DNA of 64,000 bases from Antechinus flavipes (lineage: Eukaryota), in NCBI RefSeq assembly GCF_016432865.1, contig NC_067403.1:254014001-254078000 (forward strand), given 5' to 3'. The position numbers and the translations under genes were made by a program. Below are positions 50,529-63,373 of this stretch, in pieces. The notes under the pieces are model-generated. The model saw only the letters and a list, made by a program, of their open reading frames with translations. It was not told the origin of the DNA and searched no databases. Each line of letters opens with the position of its first letter. Position 1 is the first letter of the stretch.

Positions 50529-50900
50529 GACGAGCCGGGGGGGGAATCCGGACACCGGCTCCGCCAAACGACGAAGCCCCTCGGCCGCTCCGGAGTGCAC
50601 TGCGCCTGCGCCTCAGAGCGAGCCGCCACCGCTTCCCCCCCCCTTTCCCGACGCGCCTGCGCACGCCCCCGCCCCGTAGCCGGCCCCCCAGCTCCGTCAG
50701 ACTGGCTCGGAGCCGCGACGCCAAGCGGACGCAACAATGGAGCTGGGGGACGCCACGCCTGCGCACTCGGTACAGGAGGAGCGGCATGCGCATGCGCCCG
50801 CGCGTCCCGCCGGGAAAAGGGCTGGGCCGGCGTCGCAGCCGGCTCCTCCTCCCAGGCCCCGCCCCTCCCCCGACCGCCGGGAACCGGGATATCTCGCCCC
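50529..50900 (-). promoter_or_regulatory. NXF1 CpG-island promoter
   Basis: Multiple NRF1-like TGCGCCTGCGC/GCATGCGCATGCGC sites (~50602, ~50655, ~50758, ~50784) and GC boxes. Confidence 0.7.
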
Positions 50901-53900
50901 AAGCCGGCGAGTTAAGGCTGCGGGGGAACCAGGACAGCCGGGACAGCCTCCGGAGGCCTCTCTACCCTTTTCCTTCCTATCTTTGCCTAGGAGGGTAACC
51001 CGAACCTGTCAGTCACCTCCTGTGTGGCGAACACCCGGCTAAACGCCGGGGTTACAAAGATAAGCGTGACCCAGTGCCAGCTGTCAAGCGGCTCGCCTCG
51101 GAGGCGGCTGGGGGCGCGCTGAAGTCGGAAAGCCTTGTTCAAATCCGGGCCGCGCCAGCCTGGGCGAGCCGATTCCCTGTCTGCCTCAGTTTCCCCATCT
51201 GTGAAGCAGGGCTCGTGATTGTGAAAATCGAGTGATATTTGTGGAGCCCGCTTTCACCCTCCCACGGGGCCGGGCCGGGACTGAGAGGTGGCAAGGGGGA
51301 CCCGGAGGAGAGTCTGCGCTGGCGCTCGGGGCTCTGCCGGGGCCCCCGTTCCCCTCCGATCCCCGCGGGTCCAGCGCAGACCCCGCAGTGGGAGGCCGGG
51401 CCTTGCCAGGCTAAGGTCGCCTCCGCATCTGTGGGATTGAGGCCACGCCCATTCAGGGAATCGCGTGTCTCGTCAAAAACACAACAATCAACCTGGGAAG
51501 GGAGACCCTCGGGGTTTCTGGCCAAAACAAACAATCCTGATTTGGCTCACACTGAGCCAATCAGGACCCAGGCCGGGAGCAGCCGGGGCTTGGGCCGGAC
51601 CTATTGTTGGCCAATCCAGGCCGGTGATTGAGGGCTGAGGCGCGGTCCTAGAGAAAGCCGAGCCGCCTGTTGAGTTTCCCGCGGCATAAGTGCGCGCCTT
51701 TGGGCAGCCAGGGTGTGGGCCCCTCCCGGGAAGGGACGGAAGACGGGGCTGTGTGGCCAGTTCCACTTGGGTCCCCTGGGGGGCAGCTGCTCCTGGAGGG
51801 TGTTTCTCGAGTTGACTCGAGGCACAGGAGAGGGGGAGGCTCTGGTAGCCAACTTGGCCACACGGGAGCAGAAGGCAGGGAGGACGCGGCCGGCATCCGG
51901 CAAGGTAAGTTTGAAGCCGGATTGTGGAAGGCCGTGGGCTCCTCTTGGATCCTCCAGACAAAGGGGAGCAGCCAGGCTGGTCGGGGAGGTGACATGGTGG
52001 GATCTGCACTGGAGGAAAGTCACCGGGCCAGCCGTGGGGAGCGGGGTGGGAGAGGGCGACAGGACACCCGACCAGGAGGCTGGCAACAGCCTCGACTGGA
52101 GTCGGCCTGGCAGAATTGGCGGGATCTGGCAACTAACGGCTCTGTGGGAAGTTGGGGGGCAGTGAGGAGGTGAGGGGGACTTGGAATCTTGAGACTCTGC
52201 TTTCAAGGCTGCAGAACACGCCGTCCTCCCAGCATCTCCTGAAGGCATCACTTGCTGCCGGCCCAAGCCGAGAGCCTCAGCTCCTTGGGCCTGCCCCGAG
52301 CGGAGGGCAGGCCCTGCACTCCCTACTTCCAGTCTCCCTGTATGTTCTTTCCCTTTGGATTGGGACCTCTGCGGGTGGGGCCCAGCTTTGTTTCCTCTGT
52401 TACCCCCCCTCCCCCAGTTTAGGCCTGGCACGCAGGCATTTAATAAATAAATAATGGCTTTGATTGACCAGGAATGTTGATAGGACATAAAAACAGGACA
52501 TTTTGGAAGAGGGGCAAGTTGGGGGTGGGGCCGGGCTTCGGAATTGCTCGGAACATTTGCTGATGCTTATTAAGCAGCTGGTGGCTGGCATCGAAGCTCT
52601 GGAGAGAAACTGTGCCCTCAAATTGAGATGGACCCCTGAATAACTTCTTGTCCCCTACTTTAAGGCTAAGGAAACAGACCGACGGAGGCGGTCGTCCATC
52701 GGGTACTCGAGGCCGCTTTGATCCGTATTTCTAGGCCTGTAGCTCTATCCTTATCCCTGATGAATTACCATCAGATTAGGGAATTTCCAAGCTTCCAATC
52801 AGAGAAGTGGGGCACTTGGGAGGGGGGAGAGGGGGAGGAGTCGCTTGAATGCTGAGGGCCCCTGGCCTAAGGGCAGGAGCTGGAAGCAGAGCTGGACAGT
52901 GTCAGGTGCTGAAAGTCCTGGCAAAGGAAGAATGGGCCGAAGTGGGAACTGCAATGGGCGACAGCCACAGGGATGGGGCTGGGGCCATGGATCGGGATCC
53001 AGCTGAGGAGTCACCCAGGGGAAAGTGGGCAAAGCTAAATGTGCAACAAGGGCAATTCCAACTCCCCCCCTGCCCCAGAGAGAAGCTCAAGAGGTGGGAC
53101 GAATACCACCAAGGTGGTCAAGCATGTGGGGTCCTAACGGGGAGCTCCATTTCAGCAACAAAATGGGAGGAAGTTGAAAAGGGAGGTCCATGCAAAAGGG
53201 AAGATTAACCCTTAGAAATTGCAGCGGGCACCATGGCTGGGGATGGGGACATGGCCCAGGGCCTGGCTGCGAACCAAGGTTGGTTGGTTGGAGAGAACTG
53301 GAGCGGGCAAAGGGGCAAGAGGCTGGCCCAAGGCAGCACCCATCCAGCATCATTAGGACTGCAGAGTGGCAGTTGGGGCGGGCGCAGGAAGTGGCGGCAA
53401 CCTTATGGATGGTTGGAATTATGGTCAAACGAGGAAATGGGCCTGCAGACTTGAAGCACTGGAGAAACGTCTACTTTATTGGCTTGGTTGAGGGCACATC
53501 AGGAGCAAGTGGAGACTCAAATGCAGGTGGTCTTGTCTCTTGCCAGGACCAGTGCTCCTTCCATGATGCCTCGCTGCCTCATCCTCCCCCCACCACATCC
53601 CAGCCCTCTGAGTTCCCCCAGAACTGGTTCTGTCTTGTTGAGGTCCAAAGCCTCGGAGAGGACAGGAAGCCACTGGCCTACAGGGCTCTGCCTTCAGAGC
53701 CTGGGAACAAGATGTTGATGGTGGTCTCAAGGGTCTCCCAAGGCTGTCCAGGCAGGAAGCATTCCCCATATGCTTCCCCAGAAATCTCAACCTTTACAAA
53801 GACCAGGAGCCTTGACAAATTCTTCCTGAGGACTGGACTCCAGGATCTGCCTCCCCAGGACGCCTGTGTGCCTGGGACACTGGAAGGAACTGAGAAATGG

Positions 53901-54897
53901 GGGCCTTCACAAGGACGCCTACAGCTGCCGCCAGGACACCAGCTAGATAACCACGGGGCTCACTGGCCATGGGGGTAAGGCAAGAGAAGGCCTTGGGAGG
54001 TCTGCTGAGGAGAGGGGCCTGACTGGGGAGGGGCGGCTGCTGCGGGCCCACTGCCATCCTGGTCTGATCCAGGGGCAGAAAGCCCCAGGAGTGTCCGCAG
54101 GCCACTGAAGACAGCGGGATCCCAGCAGGGAAGGATCATGAGCCCCTTGACCTTGGCCCCCTCAAAAGCTCAAGGAGGAGCACAGCCAATGGGCAAGGGG
54201 GCTGAGACAACCCCTTCCAAGTCCACTGAGAACATCCTTGGCTCAGATTCTCTCCCTCCTCTTCCTCCCTCCGGGGAAGCGGCTCGGGGTCTCAGACTAG
54301 CTTCCCTGGCTGCTGCTGGGACGGGACCAGCAGCCTCAGCTAGGCCAGCCCCAGCCTCTCACTAGCCCAGGAGGCGCCCCGGCCAACCCCGCGACGCGCG
54401 CTCTCCCTGAAATGAGGACAAGGCCGACAGGGCTGACCGTCTGCTGTAATTCCGGCAAAATGGGGATGACAGTGCCTTTGGCAAACTGACGCAGTCCTTG
54501 GGAGCCGCCCGCCGGCGGTGCTGGGGCTCTGCCCGACACAGTGAAGACTTGGGGAAGGAGGGGAGAAGCCGCAGGGGCGCCCGCCTTCCCTTCTCCCCGT
54601 CCTTTGTGCACCTCCGCAATGGAGCCTCAGCCAGGCGCCAGGGCAGGCGCAGAGAAACTCCCCGCTGGGGCCCGGGGCCCCCTCCCCTTCCACCCTTTCA
54701 CGGCAGTCCAAACTCTGGTGAGTTTGGGTGGAAAAAAGGAAGGGCAGAGGTGGGCCCGGGGTCACAGGGCAGGGGCCGTCCTTCAGTCCCAGGAAACAGA
54801 GATGGCCTCCTGCCCTTCCCCCACCACCCCAGACAGGCGGGGCTGCAGGGCCCCTGAAGGAATGATTTCCACCGGGGGGCCTCCACACCAGGAAGCC

Positions 54898-57800
54898 TCA
54901 GGCCAGGAAGACCACGAAGATGATGAAGAAAACAATGAGGATGAGGAAGATCTTGACCATGAGCCAGCGGTTGGAGGTGACGGACTGGAAGTACTTGAGG
55001 ATCTCCGAGTGCGCGGCCTCCACGTCCAGCTGTGCCCCCAGCACGTTCTCGTCAATCCTGGGAGAGGAAGGAGACAGAACCGGGCCAGGTGAAGAACTGT
55101 GAGGCAAAAGCCTCTGCCCGGGTGCAGCCACAGGAAGCCGAGGCCACTGGGGGGCACTTGGGAGTGGGGGAGGAGAGGCCCTCGAGACTCATGGCCCAGA
55201 AGGTCCCCGAGGGGTGGCCTAGGGCGCTGATGGGGGGATAAGTGGCTGTGGGAAAAGCATCTTGGCAAAGCAAGTGTCATCGGGCAGCGTCTGCTCGGAG
55301 CCTGACCCTGACCCTCCCCAGCAGCCCCGGGTTGCTGCCCCCTCGCCCCATCACACTCGGCATTTATGCAGAGTGTGGTTTTGGGGTTCACCCAGGGATC
55401 CTCCAGGAAAGCAGGACTCATGGCACTGCCCCGCTCACAGAGAGGGAAAGCAGGGAGCTTTGGAGGCCAAAGGAGCTGGCTCCGGCCTCCCGGCCTCAGC
55501 CCAGGGGTGCCATGTGAAGGGACCGCTCCCGAGGAGGCCGCAAAGGCTTGCATCATGGCCCTTGGAGAGCACAGACCTGAACTCCTCCCCCTTTACAAAC
55601 ATGAGCCCCTGGAAGGCAGGGTGACCCTGGCACCCAACCCAGAATCTGGCATCCAGAAGGGTACAACCGGGGCCCCAGACTGACTCCAGGATTTGCCCCC
55701 CTGCTGCAGAGGGCAGCCCCCCAATCTCCACCAGCACCCAGCCTCTCCCCGCCTCTAGCACCCCCAGCCTCTTATGAATCAGCCTTCCTTCGAGGGAAGG
55801 AAGGTCTCGCATCACCAGACGCTCTCCCCTGGAACTGACCGATACCCCTCTCGGCAAAGCCCCCAGAACCAAGGCAAAGCACCTCCCTTATTCTGGGACA
55901 CCATTTCCTCGAAGGCCCTTTGAGAGACCAGCTCAGACTGGAGCAGGCCTGTCAGATGTGTTGGCGACAGACCAAGAGCTCTTAAATTGGGGTCCAAGGG
56001 GGAGAAAATACATCTTTATTTTGACTAACTTCAAACTGTGTATGGTTCTCGGGGTTGGCAGCACGGTGCCGCCACAATCTGGAAAATCCGTGTGAAAGTT
56101 TGGGGCGCTCCCTTTGTACCAGAAGAGGAGTCTGGATTTCCTCTTTTCCTTTTCTGGGGTGCTTAGGATACCTCACTGTAAATTCTGGGGTGATCTTGCA
56201 CAATCCCATATGTCTGTTTTATGCATTTCTGAGATTCTCAACTTTTCCTGTGCCATCTTCTGGCCTTCACAGGTCGCCCGTGGCTTCCTTAACATTCCCC
56301 CCAAATTCCCATTTAAATTACCTGAGCCACCCTACGACCCATCCAAACCGACTTGGGGGGTAGGAGAGGAAGCCTCGACAGCTGAATCTCCTTCACTTAC
56401 TTAAAAACCCTGCTCTGGGCTCCCCCTCGGACGGCTGGGGGTCCAAGCCATAAAATGGGGCCAGTGCTTCGTCTCAATTGAGGGGCCCTGAGCCCGCCCT
56501 CTCTCGTGATGGCCCCCGGACTGGGCATCTTACCGCTGGATGGTCTCTTCCTGTTCCTTGACCATGTGTGCCAGTTGCTGGAAGATGGAGCCCAGCTCCA
56601 CAATGGTGGACTCAATGTTCTGCATGGTGTCCGCCCTGCTCTGGATGTAGGAATCCTGCCGGGGAGAAGCAGAAGGATGCAGGTGTGAGCAGGCTTCCTG
56701 GGGGGGAGAGGGTTCTGGGGGGTGGGGGGGTGGCAGAGGCTCCCAGCTCTTTTCTTCAGGTCCCATGGGGTTTCATTGGCATGGGGGCCCTGCCCAGCTT
56801 GCCATGAGCTCCGTGCTCCCCCAGAGTCTGACCGCCTGGACCAAAGCGCCGGGCTGTTCCGATTCTGTCTCCTTCCTTTCCCGCCCCCGCCGCGGCCCAG
56901 GACCCATGAGAACGTGCTGGGAGCACAGCTGGACGTGGAAGGCTGCACGCTCAGAAACCCCTGTCCGGGGCCTACATGCCCAGGCCTGGCCCAGAGCAGG
57001 TTCCCCAGGGTCTGGACTGACCGAGATGCTTGTTGACCGCAGGCCCCGCTCCCTGGGCTCCGGCCCGGGTACCCACCCGCTCATCAATGAGCTGCAGCTG
57101 CTGGCTGGTCCGGGAGTCCATCATGTCAATGGCCACGTCCCCTGCGGCCCTCGGCTCGGCTCCCAACACCACAGCCCCACCCCCTGCGGGAAGAGAAGGA
57201 AGGTTGAGCCCCGGTCAACAAACTGTGACTCCCAGAGAGTCACTTCATGGTTGCCTTGATTTCTTCATCTGTAAAATGGGGATAACCCCAGCAGCTACTT
57301 TAAAGGGTTGTTGGGAGAAAGCCCTCAGCCCAGGACCTGGCGTCTTGCCTTCCCTTCTCCAGGCTGCACATGCCCTCAGAGGGCCCACGGTCTACTCTGG
57401 GGACCCTGAGGTCCTCCATGATGCAAGGACATGGAACGCCCTCTGACGGCCTGGGGTTCCAGGAACGAGGGCAGTCATGGAGTCTGCACGAGCGTGTCAC
57501 CGGCTAGGCACCAGGACCCCCAGGATTAGGGACTTATACTAAGCACGAGAAAATGGGGACACAGTCAGGGAGCTCACCCCGGGGCTCGAGCCACATCTGG
57601 GCCTCTAAGCCAAGGCTCCTGCCTGCCTGGGATGCCCCCTTTCCCATCCCCCCTGCCCTCCAGGGGCCCCATCCCTCAGGGCTCTGCCTGTTCTTTCCCT
57701 CCCCGGGAAGGCACCGTGCCTTCGGCTGCTTCCTCCGGCCGCTCTAAGTGGCCCTGACACGCTTACTACACGTAAGGACCCCACGAGGCCGAGGGCTCGG

Positions 57801-60800
57801 GGGCAGCCACCTTGGTGCACACAAAGCCGGGCTGATTCTCAGAGAGGAAGGGGCGAGGAGCCCCAGGGTTCCGCCTTACCCAGGTGGTTGGGGGCGAGGG
57901 GCAGAGCTGCCACAGACGGACGGGAAAACTGCTCCCGGCGGCTCCTCTGCTGCTTCAGGTTCTGGGGCGGAGGGGGATGGGGAGGAAGGGAGGTTATTTC
58001 CTGGCCCATGGCGCGCCCCAGGTCTCCCAGCCCCTCCTCCCCCCAGCCCCATGCAGAAAGGTCTCACCTCCGTCCTCACTTCCAGAACAGACTTGAAGTC
58101 GTTGGACATGGAGGCCAGCTTCGACTGGGAAAAGAGCAGGGGCCGGGTCATTCCCGCGCCGCGCCCGCCGCGCCCTCCTCTCCCCGCCCTCCCTCGGCCT
58201 CACCTGCAGGGACACCACGATGGTGTTGGAGTGGGTCTGCAGGTGCCGCCCGCTCTGGCTCCCCTTGGCCCGGACAAAGTCCTGCAGCTGGGCGATCTGC
58301 TTGTTGAGACTGTTGATGTCCTAGAGGAGGAAGCGGCGAGAGGCCGCGTGAGCGCCCGCTGCCCCGGAGGAACCAGGGAAAGGAGGAGGCCGGGCCCAGC
58401 GGGCCGGGCTCTGGGACCCACGGCCTCCGCGCCCGGGCCAAGCTTCCCCATCGGAGCCCTGAGCGAGCTGGGCCCGAGCGTGGTCACAGAGCCAGGGTCT
58501 GGACGTGACAGCGGAGACACCGACATCAAAAGGGAAGCGACCCCGCCAGGGGGCAGACACGGGGCCGGGACTCCCCCAAAAGGGACAGGAGGAGGCTGGG
58601 GAAGCGGAGCAAGCCCCAAGGGGGAAAGGGGAAGAGGAGGAGGAGGTGGGGGAGGGGAGGAAGGAGGAAAAGGAAAGAGGAGGAAAGAAGGGAGAAAAGG
58701 GGAGAGAAGGAGGAGAAAGGGAGGAAGTGCCGCTCGCACCCACAGCGCACCTGTTTGATGATGTAAGTCAGCTCCTCAATCTCCACAGCCTTGTCATCAA
58801 ACAGGGACTTCCTCTTGGCCACTGGAGAAAAGAGACCCAATGGGAGGGAGGACGGGGAGGCGGGAGCCACACCCAGAGAAAGCCCAAATGCTCTGCGGGG
58901 CTTGGCTTATTTCGGGGCCCCTGGATCCCCCAGAGCGCAGCCCCATCCCACGGCTGCCGCCCAGATCTCCCTTTCCGTCCCACCGCCTCCCTCATCTGGG
59001 CTGGGCTGCTGTGCTTAGCCTCCCTGGGGCCCGGGGTCCCCCTCTTCACTGAGGGCCGTCACCACCAAGGCCACGCTCCGCCACCTTTCTGGGCTGAGCA
59101 GCCGTTCCTCTGGGCCTCTCTGGGCCCCATCCCTTCTCCCTTCCCCTGTGGGCTCCTTCTGCCAGGGCTCTGCCCAGTACCCCCGTGTCCGGAGCTCACT
59201 TCTAGACTGCTCCCAACCTCTTGGCACAGAATGGGTCTCTTAGCACGTACGTCCTGCGTCCACTCCCCTCCCCCCACACCCACGTGTGCAGCAGCACGTG
59301 CACTGATACACACGCTCACACGTGCACGGGGACGTACCTGAACGTATATACCCCCCCCCCATGCTGGGGTCCCCCTATTTCCTCAGGGCAGGAGTCGCTC
59401 CTGGGTCTGGCCCGTTACTTCCCGGCAGAGAACCTGGGAAGCTCACTCCCTTTCGTACCGGACCTCGCCCCTGCCCCAGCCCAGCTCGTCCCATTAACGT
59501 CAGAAGGCACGTGGACCCCGACGCGAGCCTGGGCGGCTGTGGCTGACTGTTCACCGCCAGCCGAGGCCTTCAAGGCCAAGGATGCTTTGTAGCCTAAGCA
59601 CTGACCTCTTCCTGCCCTGCAGCATCTGCACCCCTGCCTCCCCGAGAGCTCTTCCCCCCATCTCTGGAGGTCCAGCCTGCCCTGCGTGATCCCCACCTGG
59701 GGACTGTCTCGCCCCCCCACCAAGCCCTCAGCCTGGCTCAGTTCCACGGGCCTTTTCGTCAATCCCATCAGGACCGGGGACCATCACTGTTCGTCCAGGT
59801 AACCTCAGCCCCCCACCCGGCAGATGCCCAATAACTCCATGTGCCAGACTGAGAGGAGGGGGCTCCCGCAGTCCCCCCGAGCTAACTCTGTGCCCACTCA
59901 CAGATGGTCAGTTTCTCCAGCTTGGCAAAAGTGTTGCTCAGGTCCTTCCCGATGCGCCTACGACAGAGGAGGGGGGGGTTAACCCAAAGAAAGGGGCTGG
60001 AGGCTGGGCCCCCCCCATCTTCAAAACTCTCTACACACAAGGCCCCAACATCCCACAGCATCTGGACTCCCCCAACTTACTTGGCCATGAGGGTGAACTC
60101 ACTGCGCTGCCGGACAGCACTGAGAGCCGTTGTCCGGTTTGTCTGGAGTCCATTCTGGAAGACACATCAGGAAGTGGGCTTCTGGAGTCTCCCCATTCCC
60201 GACCTCAGGAAGTGGGCTTCTGGAACCCCCCCTCCAATTCTAAACCTCAGGAAGCGGGCTTCTGGAGCCCCCCATTCCTGACCTCAGGAAGTGGGCTTCT
60301 GGAGCCCTCTCCCAATTCTAGACCCCAGGAAGTGGGCTTCTGGAGCCCCCTCCCAATTCTAGACCCCAGGAAGTGGGCTTCTGGAGGCCCCTCCCAATTC
60401 TAGACCTCAGGAAGTGGGCTTCTGGAGCCCCCTCCCAATTCTAGACCTCAGGAAGTGGGCTTCTGGAGCCCCCTCCCAATTCTAGACCTCAGGAAGTGGG
60501 CTTCTGGAGCCCCCTCCCAATTCTAGACCCCAGGAAGTGGGCTTCTGGAGCCCCCCCATTCCTGACCTCAGGAAGCAGGCTTCTGGAGCTCCCCTCCCAA
60601 TAATAGATCTCACTGTTTGCTGCTCCAGCTCCCTAGTAAACCACTGCTCTAATGTGGGGAACAGGGGAAGTATTCTCCTCCCCATAATCTGCAGATCTCA
60701 AAGTCTAACGCTGGCTGAGATCCAGAGGCGGCTTTATAACTTGGGCCTCGGCCCCCTCTCAGGGGCAGCGGGCACTGCAGTTGGCATGTATGCCCGCAGG

Positions 60801-61173
60801 ACCTGACCTTTACCTCAGATGGTGACAACTGCTCCCCGTCTGTGGGCCATCCGAGGGGTTCCGGGTGACCCCCTCTGAGACCCTGATTTCCAGCTCCTCC
60901 CAAGGCCCGGCGCCCACCCTTGCGAGCCCCTCCTTCCGTCGCCCTCACCTGGCGGCTCTGCAGGGACTTGCAGGCGGACAGGAACTCCTGAGTTCGGTCT
61001 CGACAGGACATGGTGTCAGGAGGGGGGCCCGGCGAAGGGGAGGAGGTGGTGGTGGGGATGCTGCCGCTGAGGCCGCTGCCAGCCGCTGCAGGGGGCAGCA
61101 CCTGTGTCTTTGAGAGACCCAGGTAGACTCCCTGATCTGTGTTCTTAGACCCGTAGCGTTTCCTCGTGTTCAT
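54898..61173 (-). CDS. STX5: Syntaxin-5, 10 coding exons, 356 aa long form; in-frame Met55 (ATG at 61011) gives the short form
   Basis: Exons on minus: 61173-60949, 60154-60081, 59957-59902, 58821-58751, 58320-58204, 58124-58068, 57961-57880, 57183-57077, 56655-56534, 55057-54898; total 1071 nt. MNTRKRYGSKNTDQGVYLG..MSCRDRTQEF..NRWLMVKIFLILIVFFIIFVVFLA*. The N-terminal RKR ER-retrieval motif is retained. Confidence 0.97.
56863..56955 (+). repeat. Inverted partial duplicate of the STX5 last-exon acceptor and exon start
   Basis: +56908-56939 matches the sense sequence of 55050-55019 at 31/32 nt. +56863-56877 (ttctgtctccttcct) is identical to the polypyrimidine tract of the real acceptor. Confidence 0.85.
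60168..60605. repeat. 41-bp VNTR, 11 copies, in STX5 intron 2
   Basis: Unit caggaagtgggcttctggagccccctcccaattctagacc(t/c), with a few shorter 37-38 bp variants. Confidence 0.95.
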
Positions 61174-61929
61174 TTAGACGCATAACCTCGGACTGTTGTG
61201 GGGGGCAAGCCATCATTCTCTGTTCTCCATCGTCCCCCATTTCCCCAGACTCCTGGCTCCTTCCTTCTCCGCTAGCCCACGATATCCCCCTCTTCCCCCT
61301 ACTTTTCATGCTGATCTGGCCGGACATTTAACTCCGGCATCACGGGGGACTGAGCAGAAGGGCCAACACTTCGAATCAATGTGGGGGAAAGCAGAGCAGT
61401 CACGAGGGGCAGGAGGGGGAAGAGTTCCCATTCTAGACTGAGAGCATTGGGAGGGAATCTCTGTACGAGGAGCAGTAGTCTTGTTTTACAGACAGGGAAA
61501 CAGAGGCTGAGACTTGACTCAGAGCAGATCACGGAGTCACAGAGGAGCCAGGACGGGAACCCATTAAATCACACGGACTCCTGAAGGGAGGAAACACTAC
61601 CTACTTTTCCCTCCCCACATTCCCCTCCAACTGGCCCAAGAAAAGGGAGGAAATCATAAGATGATGAGAAAGAACAAGATGGGGAAAAGAACAGGGAGAG
61701 TGGGCGAGGATGGAGAAGGTGGGATTAAGGAAAGGCTCAGGAAGAGGAAGCATGGATCCAGGCAGTGCAAGATCAAATCCCTTCCTTTTACAGATGAGGC
61801 AGCTGAGGCCGAAGGGGGTAAGTAACTTGCCCGGGTCACAGAGACGGCCCCTGGGAATGCCGGAGCTGTCACTCCAAGCTCAAGGTTTTTGTGCTGGACA
61901 TGCCAAAAGGAGAGTAGGAGAAAAAATCT

Positions 61930-63180
61930 GAGGAGAGAAGAAAACAAAGATAAGGAAGTGAGGAAACAGAAATAAGAAGATAAAAGTGAAGAAGAAAATG
62001 CAGAGGGGAGAAGACTAGGGGAGGAAAATCAAAATGGCAGAGAAAAGGAAAAAAGAGAATAGGAAAAAGGGAAAGGAAGGAGATGATTTTAAAAAATAAG
62101 GGGACAGAGGTAAGCGTAGGAAGGAGAGAATGGGGACAAGGGAAAAAGGAAATAAACCTTGATTAAGAGCCTATTATGTGTCTGACATGCGCTAAGTGCT
62201 TTTGAGATATCTCCTCACAACAACCCTAGAATGTAGCCAATGCTGTTTTTATCTTTGTTTACAGATCAGGGAACTGAGGCAAACAACAGTCATGTCACTT
62301 GCCCACAGTTAAGTAGGGTCTAAAGCCAAATTTTAACTCTCCATATCCCTGAACCCCCAGCTTCCTCATTGAGGGCGGGCAAAAAGGGAAGAAGGAGGAG
62401 CAATCAGGGAGAAGAAGGGAAAGGAGGGTAGAGGAGAGAAGCAAGAGAGGAGCAGAGGGCAGAAAGAGGAGACAGGAAAGAAAAGCAATGGAGGAATGAA
62501 GTAGAGAAAACAAGAAGGAAAAGAGAAAGGAAGAAGGGAACGGGGGACAGGGGAGAGAAAGAATGAGGGAAAGAAGTTAGAATGAAGAAAAAAATGGGGA
62601 GGGCAAAAATGGAGGGGGAGAGACGGAAAGGAATAAGGGCGGAAGGAGGAGCAACAAAAGAGGAGAAGGAATGGGGGGCAGAGAAGAAGGGAGGGAACGG
62701 GAAGGAGAAGAGGGAGAGAGGAGAAGGCGTGAGGCTGGAAGAGGAAGAGATGAGAGGAGAAAAGGGAGGCTGGAAGAGACAGGAAGCGAAAAAGAGGCTG
62801 GAAGAGGGGGAGATGACAGAAAAGGGACTGGAGGAGGGGGCGACGAGAAGAAAAGGGGGCTAGAGGAGGGAGAGAAAAGGGGCTGGAGGAGGGGGAAGAT
62901 GAGAGGAGGAAGGGGGGCTGGAGGGAGAAGATGAGAGGAGGAAGGGGGGCTGGAGGGAGTAGATGAGAGGAAAAGGGAGGCTGAAAGGTGGGGAGAAATG
63001 AGGAGAAAGGAGGGCTGGAGGAGGGGGAGATGAGAGGAGAAAGGGGAAAGGAGAAGGGAGGGAAATGGGGAGAATGGAGGGCTAGGGAAAAGACCGAGGG
63101 GGAGATCCAATGTGGAGCTAGAGGGAGATTGAGGAAAAGGCTTCATAAGGGCTGGAGGAAAGCTGGGGTGGAGAGAGCAG
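61930..63180. repeat. GA-rich low-complexity polypurine tract
   Basis: About 1.2 kb that is strongly G/A-biased on the + strand, interrupted by a MIR/L2 fragment. Confidence 0.85.
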
Positions 63181-63373
63181 TGGGAACTTAGTATGGGGGC
63201 TCCCGGGAGACCAGGACGTTGTTCAGGGGTACCCTCCAAAATGTTTATCCGACATCGGAAGTCCCGCCCTATAATAAACCCCGCCCTCTCCGCGGCTTCG
63301 AACAACAATTGGTTGCCGGCGCTATCCTTCACCTCATGCGGCGTTCTGATTGGGCAGGGACGGCATCGCTCAC

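Noticed and set aside
52436-52455. Cluster of AATAAA on + as evidence of a gene end
   Set aside because: The context (aggcctggcacgcaggcatttaataaat) is an L2 tail, so it is not independent evidence of a transcript.
53190-53978. 262-aa plus-strand ORF between NXF1 and STX5
   Set aside because: No recognisable domain. It overlaps the probable STX5 3' UTR in antisense (minus-strand AATAAA at 53480-53475).
60168-60605. CRISPR-like array
   Set aside because: Head-to-tail tandem units with no unique spacers, inside a eukaryotic intron. It is a VNTR.
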